Assembly: GCA_003344405.1 (NCBI GenBank)
Contig: NOWV01000179.1
Span: 62,001 to 126,000 of the forward strand
Length of the DNA: 64,000 nucleotides
Source of the DNA: Trichoplax sp. H2
Taxonomy: Eukaryota
Reading direction: 5' to 3'
In this document: one piece after another, positions 27,401-41,102 of the stretch
How the letters are laid out: each line of letters begins with the position of its first letter
Numbering within the stretch: position 1 is the stretch's first letter
Notes under the pieces: model-generated
What the model saw: only the letters and a program-made list of their open reading frames with translations
The model's database searches: none
What the model was told of the DNA's origin: nothing
Translations under genes and position numbers: made by a program

Positions 27401-30400
27401 CTTAAGTTAAATCACTTTCCATTTTATTAATCAACAACAGTGGTCTACCCTATCACAACTATCCATTAAAGTACATGCTTATCAGTTTACTTACTATTAA
27501 TGTTATTAAAATTAAATCTAAAAACTAAAATAAAGTAAATAGAACCATTAATAGGGTATTCCATTATAACATTCTATCTATTACAGACTTTGCGATCTCG
27601 ATGGTCGTCCAGTTTTGGAAATACAAGACTTAAAAGATGGCGATGAATATGTCGCGGTCGGAATAAAAAAATTTCAACGTTTAAATTATGGCTTTACAGC
27701 CTCTGCTAAATTGCCAGTATCACTATCTAAAATGTAAGCCGATAGAAATACCAATCTGATTGTAGAATCCTACTACATATTATAAATACTTAAATTATCT
27801 ACATCATTTCATGCTCAAGGAATTCACGGGCTTTATATGTAAAATAATTCATTATTTCTATTTCGGCATAAACATCGGAAGAATCGATACAATTTAATTT
27901 CTGCGTAGATAAATTTTTTAAAACTTTAGTTAATAAAACTGAAATCTAATTCTAGTAATAATCTAAGTTAGAATTGATATAGCCCGGATATTTAATCAAG
28001 AAGTGATACGACTACAACAGAAAGTGTGGTTTTGATTAAATTGTTACTAATCAACAAGTTTCTTTGGCCGGTAGCAAAAAGCATAATAGCTCCAACTCTA
28101 CCGACAGTAGTATAAAAAGTGATGGCATTTCATCATTAAATTCATTGCATGGTCAAGATTCAGGCTTTGTAAATCGCGGGAAAAAATCCAAGGTATTCTA
28201 TCTTTCCTTTCTACAGTTACTGACGTCTACCGGCAAATGATAATGCTGTACTTCGCTAGCTATAAATTTTAATAAAATAGTACGTTGGATATTTATATAT
28301 AACTTATGTTTTTGTTTGAAAATTTTCATCGTAGAAAACCAACGTTAAAAGCTATCCAAATGGTATAAATGGGGACAATAGTCTGCAAGTAGATGACAAA
28401 TTAATAGAAGAAAAGAAAACATTCCCAGCTAAACCGGTAAAAGTTAAAACAAAAAGAAGGAAAACATCTCAACAGAGCGCAAATGATAGCACAGATGACG
28501 GTGCACCAAGTAATCCTCGTCATCAACCAAACAAAAAGGGTAAATAATTTTCATTTATTTTTATCTTCTTAATTAGCAAATAATGCTTGAAAATTTCTGT
28601 TTTCTAGTCCCATTTATAAAATAATTTTACTATAGGAACGAATTGAATACAAAATGCAGATTTCATAAAGCATTAAATGTCGTTCGAAACTGATATCCAA
28701 ATTGATTTCATTTTCTCTTTCAAGGTATATTTAAAGCAAGTAGTATTCGCGATGAAGCTGCAGATGCAAAAGAAATTAAAGATGATAAAGGTAAATTCCA
28801 GAATTACTAGAGTAACTAATTAACTCCTCCAATGAACTTAACCAATGTCTTAGAACGTTATCGTGGAAGTGCTTGCTGAAGTAGAAACTTGTAGCACAAA
28901 TAATAGCTGATGGATTCATACATACAATAATTTTTAGGAGAAAACTAACCAAGCATCTAAAATTGATTAAATAGAGCTATCATATTATCTTTTCAATAGT
29001 AATTCAATTTTCTTTAATGTTATTAACCAGCAAACAATGCCCTCTTTCAAATTTAAAGGAGATCTATGACATACTTCTTAAGTAGATACTAAATAGCAAA
29101 AGTAAAATACTCTATATTCTTTAAAATTCTTAAATAGTAAATTAGTTTTAAATGATAAAATTCGGTTTAGGCAACCCTTGATAGTATCGGAGCAATAAAA
29201 AATAATTTATTTACCGGAGCTTTAATAATTTTAACAACAAATCAACTAGAATACCGTAATCTCCAACTCTAAACCTTAATCCTAACCCACTTTACCATTT
29301 GAGAACAGTTAACTATGCAATTAATATTCTTACCTTATAAATGAATAAACAATCAGATAATTAGATTCATAACTTGTCTCAGCACTAATAGCATAACTAG
29401 ATTCTATTGCCGTACACTCTTTTAAAGATACTGCTGTAGAGAAAACTGTGGATATGATCAAGGCAGAGGAAGTACAGGAAGAAATCATTCGTGATGATGA
29501 TGATCAAGCTATGGAGGCGACTCCTATCAGTACTAAACCTAGTAAGCTGCCAATTCCTATCAGTCAATCCAAGGTAAATTAACACTATTTAGGTATGCAT
29601 ATGATTGCTCAAAATATGTCACAGACCAAAAATTTAGTCCAAGAAAGGAAAAGCATTAATATATACTTTGCAGCACCATAATTTCATCACCTTTTATAAA
29701 CAATTTCTATAACTTTACTAATATCTAAAACCGCATCCTAAAACAAAATAGGCTTGAATGGTAGTTTAAATGTATAGTTCATATACTCTATAATTTCTAT
29801 AGCTAACTACTTATGATATATAGACTAAAAATCTGTTAAAGTTAAACAGGAGTGATTTATTATCGTTTTCTATAACCACATTCTAAAACAAAATAGCTTA
29901 AATAGGGATTCAAACATTTACTTCATGATTACTGCATGAGTATTAGGGACTAGTTACGATATATTGGTTACAGCAGAAAGCTTCTAAAATTGAGTAGAAG
30001 TAATTTATTGGCAGTAGATGATATCAATTAATTGAAGTGAGGATTTATCAAATAGTAATGTTAATCACTAAATTGAATATACTTAGTCATATACTTCACG
30101 GTATACCATTTCAAGCTCTAAGACCGAGTAAAAATGAACACTAGGTGAATAATGACTTAGAATATTAGCAAGAAACTCAGTCATCTGAAGTTTTCAATTT
30201 TATTCACCAATTTTAAAAGATGAAAATAAAGTAAGAAATAAAATATCGGATAGATGAGTATCAAACAATTTTAGTCAAAATTCTGATAAAAAATAGTAAT
30301 TAAAAGAATTGAAATAAGGGTTATACAAGTACTGTATATAATGTTCTGTTGATCAAGAAAGAACTTATTATAAAATCGTTTTTCACCCAGTTTTAGTAAC

Positions 30401-31522
30401 TGTTTCACTTTTATGCATGGGTATTATACAGAAATGTATACTGTAAAAGCTTAGCTAATAATAGCCTTGTTATCTCTGAACTATATATTGATAGATTATT
30501 ATTTGTAGTAGAAGGTATTTATAGTATTGACATAGGTGTTGTTAAGAGAATGATAGGAATAATAACTTGTAGCAATTTCACAGCTAGGCTAGAATCTATT
30601 CACAAGATAGTAATGCATGCAATTTTTCCCCCTTTTTTCTTTGTCCCCATTTATTACAATTGCTGGATAGAAAACTAAGAAAAATGCGTCTGCCCGATAG
30701 GAAAGCATACAGGACACAACAGATGCAATTAAATTCACTGAAAATCATCTAGCTCGAGATCAACTTCTTGTCTCTAACCATGAAGAGCAGCAGATCGTTA
30801 ATAAGGAAATTGAAAATTTACAATTCAGCGATAACCAGCAAATCTTAAATGATGAGCTATCGTCAGAAAATCCGACCCAACCTAGTTCTACTCTTGTTGA
30901 GCGAGATGATCAACAGTCTCATGATGATCAAGATCAGTACAATGATCAGATTTCGCTCAATAATTCCAATCAACATACTGATTATACGGCTGAGAAAGAG
31001 ACTCAAGAAGGAGATCAAGTAGAGTCTAATCAAAAATTAGACGATAATTTAAATCAGTCAAATCCAGAAGAAATCGATCAAGTTACTCTAGAAAATACCA
31101 ATGGAGATCAGAAAGAACCAGTTACAAGCTCAGAAACTCAAGATATAGAGCACGATCGCGAAGAAATCCAACCAACACCAATCCAAGCCATTGAAGTTCA
31201 AGAATTACTTGAGAACGACCGACACGATGCTGATACTGCCAACCATCAGAAGGAAGAGCTAACTGCTAATGCAGATGTCCAATATATACCGTCAAATCCT
31301 GAAGAAGTTCAATCAACATCAGTCCAAGCTACTGAAGTCAAAGAACAACTAAAGGGCAATCAGCAAATTGATAGCGCTAATAGTCATCAACAGACTGAAG
31401 ATAATGTTAATAGCCAACCACAAATTGACCAAGAAAAAAAAAATATTCAATCATCTGAATCTGATGCGGAAGATACTACTAGCAAAACAGATAACATTAA
31501 CAACCAAGAAAACACTCAGTAA
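21498..31522 (+). CDS. DCDC2: Doublecortin domain-containing protein 2 (two DCX domains plus acidic tail)
   Basis: DCX1 in 21498-21797 (IHVYRNGDRFYKPRR..GAVRNIYTPTFGHKV..YVAGGSEKF). Small exons at about 23378-23438, 26101-26177, 26900-26975 (VYTNGDEFIPPAK), 27090-27141 (GGVR), 27587-27733 (LCDLDG..LKDGDEYVAVG), 28059-28192, 28335-28539, 28725-28790 (GIFKA..AKEIKDD), 29401-29573 (VEKTVDMIKAEEVQEE) and 30701-31522. The GIFKA..AEEV-EE block resembles the DCDC2 C-terminal motif. Confidence 0.88.
29700..29990. repeat. Degenerate two-copy intronic duplication (~150 bp)
   Basis: aacc(g/a)cat(c/t)ctaaaacaaaatag..tt..at..(g/a)tt.aaa occurs at about 29728 and 29874. Confidence 0.6.
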
Positions 31523-33116
31523 AATTGGAGAAAGCAGAAATCGTGCTGTAATAGTCGTAATGAATTTATATTATCCTTCATTCCTAAAAATTTTTCTTGC
31601 ACTATATAACATGCTAATCTTGTTAACGTAGATCAAGGCTAAGATTTATAATAATAGATCCTAGCCATACTATAAACTAATTCGACATAATTGGATTGTA
31701 TGCAGAATACGATAAATCTATCATAGTTTAGTGGTCAAAAATCAGTTATATAGAAGAAACCATTTCATCCCTGACATATTTATATTATTTTATAATAATA
31801 TTTACATGGAATAGCTAATTCTTGTTAAACATCTAACTTATCGCCAATTGATGTTGTTTTAACGTCATAATTAGGCCTTTAAGTCAGTTTTACAGACGTC
31901 TGATGATGCATTTCGCAGTAACTGTATCGAAATATATCAATTTATTTAAATGTAGTTACGAGACTGTTTATCAGTCAACTATTGTTTTAAATTTGCTGTG
32001 TTAATATTCACCATAATTTACATCATACCACTATGAGGTAATGATTGATTTAAAAGTTTAATACTACTGCTACATGCGAACTGCACTGTATTCATTGTAA
32101 TTTATAATTAAAGTGTTTACCGGTAGTCTTAGCTACATCATTTGGTGTACGAAAGCTAATTTAAATCACTGTGTTCAGTATTTCCTGTATATCTACGATA
32201 TATTTACCTTCACACAGCTATTAAAATAATACCGATATTTATTGTAGCCTTCTATTGCTACTAGTGTTATCTATTTTGATATCTTATTATACTCTAAACT
32301 TTATTATTACTGCTAATTAAATCGGTCCAAAAGCGATAACTATCGATATATTCTTTATGCGATGAAATAGAATTGTTTGGTATAGGCTATTTGGCCGATA
32401 CACCCAATAGCTACTTGCCTAATTATAATTTATAATTAACTTAAATTATTTATCATGATTATTATATTTATTTTATAAATAATTATACATTGCAAATAGA
32501 AAACATCAAACTATTGGCAAGATAAAATTAATTTATATATCACAATTTAACCATTTTGCTAGTTATATTGAGATTATTGCTTACAAACTAGGATCAATTC
32601 ATATTTATTACAATAACGTTAAATAATATTTCTCTAGCCGCATCTTGTAGATATGATAACGTCTGCATAATGTTAAAATTTTTCATAAAATTCATCCTTC
32701 GTTAAACTTTAATAAAAAAGGTTTACGTAGTAGTTTACACAAATTTATAATAATTATTATAATTAACCGCCTATTTTAAAAACTATGGTAGTTAGTTGTA
32801 GCAATCAAGGAAAGCTTGCACAGTCAATAATACAAAATTATGGGAAATCTGGTCCCACAACATCAGTAACTCAACTATAAGCTCTAAGTCAACAGAATTG
32901 AAATTTATAGCATATATACATTTCAGCTATTATGTCATATAAACGTATAAAATAATATTTATACATACGAGTACATGCATGTCCTATTTCTAGAATACGA
33001 GCGTATTGGCGATACGCGATATAACGATGGCAGCGTAAAGTTAAATCAAGTTGTAGCGATTAAAAGGAACTATAAAATTTTCTTAAATTTTACCAGGACA
33101 CCAAGCCATTTAAATT

Positions 33117-36100
33117 TTAATCTGAATTATCATTTAAGAATTCTTTCCTTTTCCTTTTTCTGCGATCTTGTCCGCTGCAGAATGATGAAGGAGACATACC
33201 CACAGACAAATCTAGATCAAGATCTTCTGGGGATAACTCTAATGTAAAAAGGCTTGAAGGTCCTACTTCTTTAATTTGTGACTGATGGTTGGTTTTAACG
33301 ATATTCATTTTCTTACAGTTTTCGTAGTTTGCACCACCGCTACCACTGTTAGTATCATTCCTATTTGGTGAGACATTGCCTATGTGTTTTGACATTTGTG
33401 ATAGGCCACTTGACGTGATAACATTGCCTTTCGGTATGACGCCAGTATCTTGCGAAGATTCAGTATCATTTTTCGATTTAACTGCTACTTCGCTTACTTT
33501 ACTGCTGCTATTCAATGTGCTGTTTGCAGAACTAAATAATTCGTCCTTGTTCTTGTTTTTTGTCCTAACGTTTGTAAGTATAATTTCAAGATTATCCTCA
33601 GGTGGTTCAACATTCTTAGAAACCGATTTTTCTTGTACTTTAGAAATAGAATTAGAGGGTTTATCACGTTTACGTGATAACTGACTAGAATCAGCTGTAG
33701 AAGGAGACAAATGGCCTAAATCAAGTCTCTGTAATACAAATTCACACTGCTTCTTAAATTCATCATCAGGATCGTCAGGAAATGACGAGTGTAAAACGTT
33801 TGCACCACCAAGTAAAGCTCCGCCATGCATTGATGACTCGATTAACATAACGGATACCACAGCGTCAGCAACTGTTACCTAATAGAACATATTTTAATAT
33901 AACGTCAACAATTTGATAGAGCAGGATAGTAAAATAGAGTAACAAACCTCATTTCTCATCATTAGTCTCGCGTGAGCTTGAGCTAGCCTAACGCTACTTT
34001 CTAAAAGTCTTAAAGTTGTTCTGGTAGAATTCTTGTGGTCAGACTGCCTCTGTTTTTGATAATATTGCGAGAGAATTAGACTACTTGACGCAGTCATTTT
34101 TGGCTTGAATTTTTTCACGTAGCAGAGATAAGCTCGTAATTTCGTCATATTCCATAGCTCTGATTCACTAGTTAAACTGGGAAAGAAGTAATATAAAAGA
34201 TAATTACCCATATTATAATTTAAATTACTTTAAGATCTTGCTATCTACGGTGGGATATTATACTACTTGCATCATTACAACACGAGGACACGTTTACCTT
34301 GTGTCAAGAGATCGGCTATTCAAGATAAACGATGATACCAGTTTGTCCCAACTTTCATTAAAATTATCCATCATAATTAATACTAGATCGAATCGGCTAA
34401 GAAGAGGACTAGCCAGTGCGACGTTAACGCTTACAGATTCGTTAGGGTCATAATTGCCTTTAGGATTAGTTGCAGCAAGAATAGTAGTTCGTGTGTTTAA
34501 TTTGCAGACTAAGCCAGCCTACATCATAAAGGAATAACGTTTCTGTTTTCTTATAATATTTATTTAATAAGATATAATTAATTTAAATAAGTCATTCGCA
34601 AATAATTGTAATTCAGTATGGCATAAATTACCTTAGCAACACTTATCGTTTGCTGTTCCATCGCCTCATGTATACTTGTGCGATCATGTTCTTGAATGCT
34701 GTTGAATTCATCAATACAACATAATCCGCCGTCAGCAAGTACTAAAGCGCCAGCTTCCAATTGCCATTCTCCTGAATCCTGATATGAAGGCGACTCAAAT
34801 TTCAGAATCTGACGACTAAAACTCTATACAAGTATGTAATAATGTTGTACATACTTTGACAGCGGTTACGGTTAATCCTGCGCTAGTGGAACCGATACCG
34901 GTGGTTAAAACTGATCTCGGCATCACTCTAGCAGCATATTTTAAAAACTGTGATTTACCAGTTCCTACGATTAATTAGTTAAAGGGATTTAAATTAGTTA
35001 AACTTGAAAAAATAATATCGATTTCGTGACCCAATTGTATTTACTGTATATATGCAATATCTATATATAATACCTGGATCTCCGACAAGTAGTAGATGAG
35101 ATTCTCCACGAATCTTTGTGCCAGATGAATCTATTCTTTGAACTCCTCCAATTAAAACTAAGGTTACTGCTAATTTGATTATGTACATACCATAAACTTG
35201 TGGACAAAAGGAGGATAGAATAAAATTTCGTCCTGCATATGGATTTTCTTTATAATTTTGCCAATGCTGAATAAATTGTTGCTCAAGTTCTACATGAGTA
35301 AACAGATGGATGTCCAGATTATTTGTGTATTTCGATAAATCATTCATATAAATGAATCGAAAAGGTAACACGAATAAGAATGCATACAAAGCTATTCTCT
35401 TACATAAGGCAATTGATGTAAACGAATGAGTGAGTGATTTTCTAATTACCTGGCGTAATAGCAATTCGAGTGCGCTGTTCATTATTAACTTGTATATGAT
35501 TGACTTTGAGAACGATTTCCACATCACACCGTTGATCAGTTGATAAAAATCTCCATCTACGACAAATGAGCCCGGTCAGGGTAACATCGTCTCCAGGTTT
35601 GCAAGAGTCAACTAAATCATCCTCTAAGACAGCTATTATTGACTGAGGGATCTATGGGTTTGATTTTAATTAAAGAAAATGATGACAGTTTTCAAGAAGG
35701 ATATTATGAGCGCATCTAGTAAAAGCTTACGTATAATTGTATACGGTAGATTCTATCATTGCTTCCACTGTCAGCTTAAATATTCCGAACATACTTTACA
35801 TTCTTTTAGGTCATTTATGATTAACTTGATTGTAAAAGCATGATTTTCACTATGGACGTTTGACCATGTCAACTACTTTCAGGTTAACTATCCCATGACT
35901 AGTACATTCTATCCTATCCTCTACTTTTTAGTTTAAATACTGTATGTACTGTATGTATATTGTGCGTATGTATAACTATGAATATTCCAATTCTAATTCT
36001 ATGATGTGATTTATTTTTCAGCTTTATTATTGCCTGTTCATGATCACTATGCAATATGCACATTCTATGATATCATCCACTTTCTCACTGCATAATCATA

Positions 36101-37163
36101 TAGGCACGACTACTGTACGTCTATTCTATGATGCCATGCATTTCAGCTTCAATATTACGTAAGTACGACTATGTCCATTCTACCATGTCATCCATTTTAG
36201 TTTAATTATTACGTCAATAGGACTATGTGCATTCTATTATGTCATCCAATTTTAGCTTAATTATGACGTGAGTACATAGTAGGACTACCAGCATAGCATG
36301 TAGTGCTATCTCGTATACCTATTTCAGCTTAACTTAAACTATCATCATCATGAATTAATCAATTGAGCAAGATACCGTTCCCAGGGGTAATTTCTGTACT
36401 TGTTCTTGAATGACAATTTCTTGATAGTCACGATTTGATGGAGATGTCGATTCACCATTGGTCATTGGCATAAATTTACGCGAGGTGCAGCCATCAATCG
36501 ATGGGCAAATTGTTGGTTTTTTAATGACAAAATTTCTCTCTAATTCAACAGGTACTTTAAAGTTTAATCCACACTCGGAACAGACAAATGTTTTCTCGTA
36601 TTCGAGTACCTTAGCTATGCCAGCTCGAACAACGTTGGCTACAAGCATAAGAATCAAAATCCATTTACAATACTTGTCATCAAGAACTTATGACTGATGT
36701 AAGACAATGATGGACAATTCCCTCGACCTGCTGTACCTGTTATGGAAACAAAACGTCCTACATCTTCTGATTGTGGAATGCTATAGCGATAGATTTCCTT
36801 GACGTTAGCATAATCTGCGTTGTGCAATCTCGAATGGATATTTTTCTTGATTGTTAGCCGATCATTTCCACTATGTCGAATAATATCGGTCTGGATTCGC
36901 TTGACTGCTTCGTCCAAAGTTGATAATAAAAATTGGGGTCGGTCCAACAACAACGGTAAGATCTCTTGAACTGTATTGGCCAAGAAGAAAACATCAATAT
37001 TGATAGGATAATGGCGTCTTGGATCTTCCCCTAATAATACTGTTTCAATTTCTGTTGCAAGATTTTTGGTTAAGTACGATTGGATTAGATCAATAAAGTC
37101 GTCATTGGTTTGATCAATCTCTTGCAGCGAACATGTTGATTCATCACTTGAATTTGCCGCCAT
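33117..37163 (-). CDS. MCM9: DNA helicase MCM9 (spliced)
   Basis: CSEC..CPSIDGC zinc finger, [44 protein letters not shown] (Walker A), LCCIDEF (Walker B), SPLLSRFDL (arginine finger), [20 protein letters not shown], and the MCM9-specific [21 protein letters not shown]. Confidence 0.96.
35995..36290. repeat. Intronic minisatellite, ~5 degenerate copies of 55-65 bp
   Basis: The unit cattctatgatgtcatccattttagcttaattattacgt...gactat recurs at about 35995, 36061, 36122, 36176 and 36230. Confidence 0.8.
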
Positions 37164-37207
37164 TCTTCCTCCATCGTCTTGGTACTGTCTAGTGTCTAGC
37201 TCATTCT

Positions 37208-37807
37208 GTGTGGACGGTATGGACTGTGGACAGGACTGTGTTGAGTATGCTCACTCGCTTAGTGCTTTACAGTGTACAGTGTACCGTACAGTCATGCTGC
37301 ACCGTGACGCTGGAGAACCTGTACACTGTACTGTAGTACTGTACAGTACTGTACACTGAGTAGAGTCTACTGTACAGTACAGTACACGTGTGGATGGTAT
37401 GGACTCTGGTCAGAACCGTGTTGAGTACAGTATGCTCAGTGCTTTACAGTGTACAGTGTACCGTACAATCATGCTGCACCGTGACGCTGGAGAACCTGTA
37501 CTCGGTACTGTACAGTGTACAGTACACGACGTGTGGACGGCATAGACTGTGGACAGGACTGTGTTGAGTATGCTCACTTATTCAGTGCTTTACAGTGTAC
37601 AGTGTACCGTACAGTCATGCTGCACCGTGACGCTGGAGAACCTGTACTGTACACGACGTATGGACAGTATGGACTCTGGACAGGACTGTGTTGAGTACGT
37701 AACTTGAGTATGCTCACTTGCTCAGTGCTTTACAGTGTACAGTGTACCGTACAGTCATGTTGCACTGTGACGCTGGAGAACCTGTACTGTACTGTACACT
37801 TGTACAG
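37208..37807. repeat. Four-copy tandem array (127-180 bp) in the MCM9/peptidase divergent promoter
   Basis: Units start at 37208, 37388, 37531 and 37658: gtgtggacggtatggactgtggacaggactgtgttgagtatgctca..agtgctttacagtgtacagtgtaccgtacagtcatgctgcaccgtgacgctggagaacctgtac, followed by a variable GTAC tail. Confidence 0.97.
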
Positions 37808-37916
37808 CTTCGGAAACTTGTCATTTCGTCACCAATCCTCACATCAATTTTAGACATCAACATCGAAGCGAGCACTATCAAGACTCTAAAAGTTGGGAAA
37901 ATTACCGATATCCAAG

Positions 37917-40900
37917 ATGAAATTATCCATCTGTTTGCTCGTTTGTTTATCTACATTGACACTAGCTGTACCGCATTTTATGCATGGTAGACCCGCTAGT
38001 GGTTTGGTTCCTCCACCACCGTTGGAGTTGCCCATCGAAGCCTTACCGAAAGCACAATATTTCAAGATGCAAAAGCTCGATCATTTCGATCATACCAATA
38101 CTGCGGTTTGGTCGCAACGCTATTTCGTCAACGATACTTTTCATAAAAAAGGCGGTCCAATCTTTCTTATGCTAGGAGGAGAAGGGCCTGCATCACCAGT
38201 GTGGAATGTAGCTGGTGCCTGGCAAATCTATGCTAAAAAATTAAATGCCATCACCATCCAAATTGAGCATCGATATTATGGCCAAAGTCATCCTGTCAGG
38301 TGAAGGGCACGTGATCTAGTGCTTACAAGATAGTAGACTGTCGATCTTTTTTCCATTTTATTATATTTACCGATCTGAACAAATACTTAGTCAAGAAATC
38401 AATTTGTCCTTTAGGATTCATGTACTTTACACTGATACTGTATTGATGATGCCTATGGAATAGCGTGTATTGATTAATTACATTGAAAAACCTTCCACGG
38501 TCTCCATGTTTCAGTGATTTCTCCTCCTTCAGATACTATAGCCTTGAGACACACGATATGATGGAAATACTTATACTACAAACTGTCGTTGTCAGAGTTC
38601 ACCCAGTTATTCCATAGCGCAAGATTACATGCAGACTGTAAATATTGTCATTTATTACCAAGATACACTTTCTAGTTGATCACGATCGATACATTCAGCA
38701 ATACCAGTCTACAATGGTGAAATGAAACGATGCAACTGTGGTGTGTTAGAAAAATGAGTCTTGTTGTTTATATAAGATAAATCAATTAATTTGAAAGCCC
38801 CGCAGTAGTCATCCAAGACTAGCGTTTTACCCTACAGCAAATAAATACAGTAGAATTTTTTCCCATCTGTCTTAGTTATCAATACTCTGTGTGTAGGATA
38901 AAAATTGTAGTAGTAACTCTCACGATGCAGGATATAAAGTATGCGATATACTGTACACAGTGAATGTCTTGACGATCAGTTTTTTCAATCGGTCAAGAAG
39001 TACTCATCAAATAAATACAGTCATATGAAAAAGAAATGGAGTAGTTCCTGATACAGTCTTAGTAAAACGGCCATAGCTTGATGACTCAGCTAGGCTGCCA
39101 GCGCGTATTATAGTCTTATGATATTAATAGATCATCAAGCAATATTCGTAAATAATTATATTATCATTCATAATAACCGTATCAGCGTATAAATAATATG
39201 CAGCACAGTAGTACTGTATAGGCCTAACTTTGAGATAGGTCACCTCAATTGTTATGATTGATGTCGCTAATTTTGATTCTTTCCAATCTATCTATCCTTA
39301 CCGATAAAATGCAGTGATGCTTCCACTCCTAACTTAAAGTACCTAAGCAGTGAGCAAGCTTTGGCTGATGCTGCTTATTTCCGAGAATATTTCATGACAA
39401 GTAAAAATATGTCAGCTGATACGAAATGGATTGTTTTTGGAGGTTCATACTCTGGAGCTTTGAGCGCTTGGTTACGAACAAAGTATCCACACTTATTTCA
39501 TGCTTCAGTTGCAACTAGTGCTCCTATTTTGGCCAAGGTAGATTTCGAGCAGTACTTGCAAGTCGTTACTAAATCTCTTCAAACTGCTGGTATGGCCTGT
39601 ACTAAAAACATCCACAATGCTACAACAATAATACAAGGGATGATAAAAACTTCCGCCGGAAGAAAAAAGTTATCTCAAATGTTCAAGTATGTTCACTCTT
39701 GCTACTACTGAATCATGTACTATGCAAAAGCGATAATATACTACAAAGTACTTTCAATTGCCAAATATATATACGAGTATATAGAGGATATACGCGAACA
39801 TACAATTATTGATCACAATTTCTATAGCCTTTAAAGTCTAAACTTTCTTACTATCATTTATTATGTTATTGATGCTACAGAACGTGCAAGCCTTTGAGTA
39901 AAGACCCGAATGACATTTCTACCTTTATGCAAAGCCTAGCAGGAAATTTTGAAGGAATTGTTCAGTATAATAAGGATAATACCGGATTTGAGGTATATTG
40001 AGACTGATAACAATTATCTGTATCACACTTTGCGTCATTATCTCCATAGTCGCTTTATATCAGTATTATTTACATCTTATGTCATTGCAGTCTTACTGTT
40101 CTTGTATACAAATCCTTATTTATATGCATACTAACGGCTTTATAATCCTCAGTATAAGATAGGTTATATGCTGTGCTAACTGACCCTACTCATTTTATTC
40201 ATTCAGCGCCATACTCCTGCAACAACATTGACAGATTTATGCAAAATTATGGAAAAGAACAAGCCTCTCGATGGATACGTAAAAGTAAATTCCTTGATAC
40301 TTAAACAGAATGGTCAAAAGTGTAACGATGTCGTATACAAAGATATGATAAAACAAATGCAACAGAGCAAATTTCAACCAGGAATTGCAGGTCTTTTTCG
40401 CAAATTTTGATCTATTCTGTACTTTGTTAATGACAGCAATGACATAAAATTTAAGATTTAGATTCTGAAATGGTATGATTCTGTTTTATCATTTAAGGTC
40501 GATTATGGTTCTATCAGACTTGTACCGAATTTGGATATTACCAAACGTCAGACTCTAAGAAGCAGTCCTTTGGAAACATGTTTCCCATAAAGTACGTATT
40601 GAAAATCTATTGAAATAGTAATTAATTACTGCCGTATTCCCATCGTATTTTTCATTAAGCGATCATGTTTTTGATTACTCTATAGATACTGGGTTCAGCA
40701 ATGTGCTGACGTTTTCGGAAAAAAGTTTTCACCTTCGTATATAAACGGCGAAATAACAATGACTAACAATTATTATGGAGCGTTGGCAATAAAAGGTACT
40801 CGCATCGTCTTCCCAAATGGTTCAATAGATCCGTGGCATGCACTCGGCCTTCTTAAATCTACTGATGCAACCAGACCAACAATTTTTATTAAGGGTATAT

Positions 40901-41102
40901 TTTTTATGAAATGATTTATTGCGTGGTAATTTAAACGTAATGTACGTAAATATCTCACATGGTATAATCGATTTGTTATAATTTAGGTACTGCTCATTGT
41001 GCTAACATGTACCCACCTACATCGAAAGATCCCGCAGGGCTTAGACAAGCTCGCACAAAAATCCTCGGTTATCTTACCAAGTGGTTGAAGGAAAAGTCCT
41101 AA
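37917..41102 (+). CDS. Secreted/lysosomal serine peptidase family S28 (PRSS16/TSSP-like)
   Basis: Signal peptide MKLSICLLVCLSTLTLA, QKLDHFD, QRYFVN, PIFLMLGGEG, EHRYYGQS, LSSEQALADAA, catalytic GGSYSG (Ser), WFYQTCTEFGYYQTS, NGSIDPWH (Asp) and GTAHCANM (His). About 7 exons. Confidence 0.93.

Noticed and set aside
29268..29290. Telomere-like ctaaaccttaatcctaaccc
   Set aside because: Too short and degenerate to call an interstitial telomeric repeat.
37208..37807. Repeat-plus-variable-segment array resembling CRISPR
   Set aside because: The conserved parts exceed 100 bp, the variable parts are low-complexity GTAC runs rather than unique spacers, there are no cas genes, and the context is eukaryotic.
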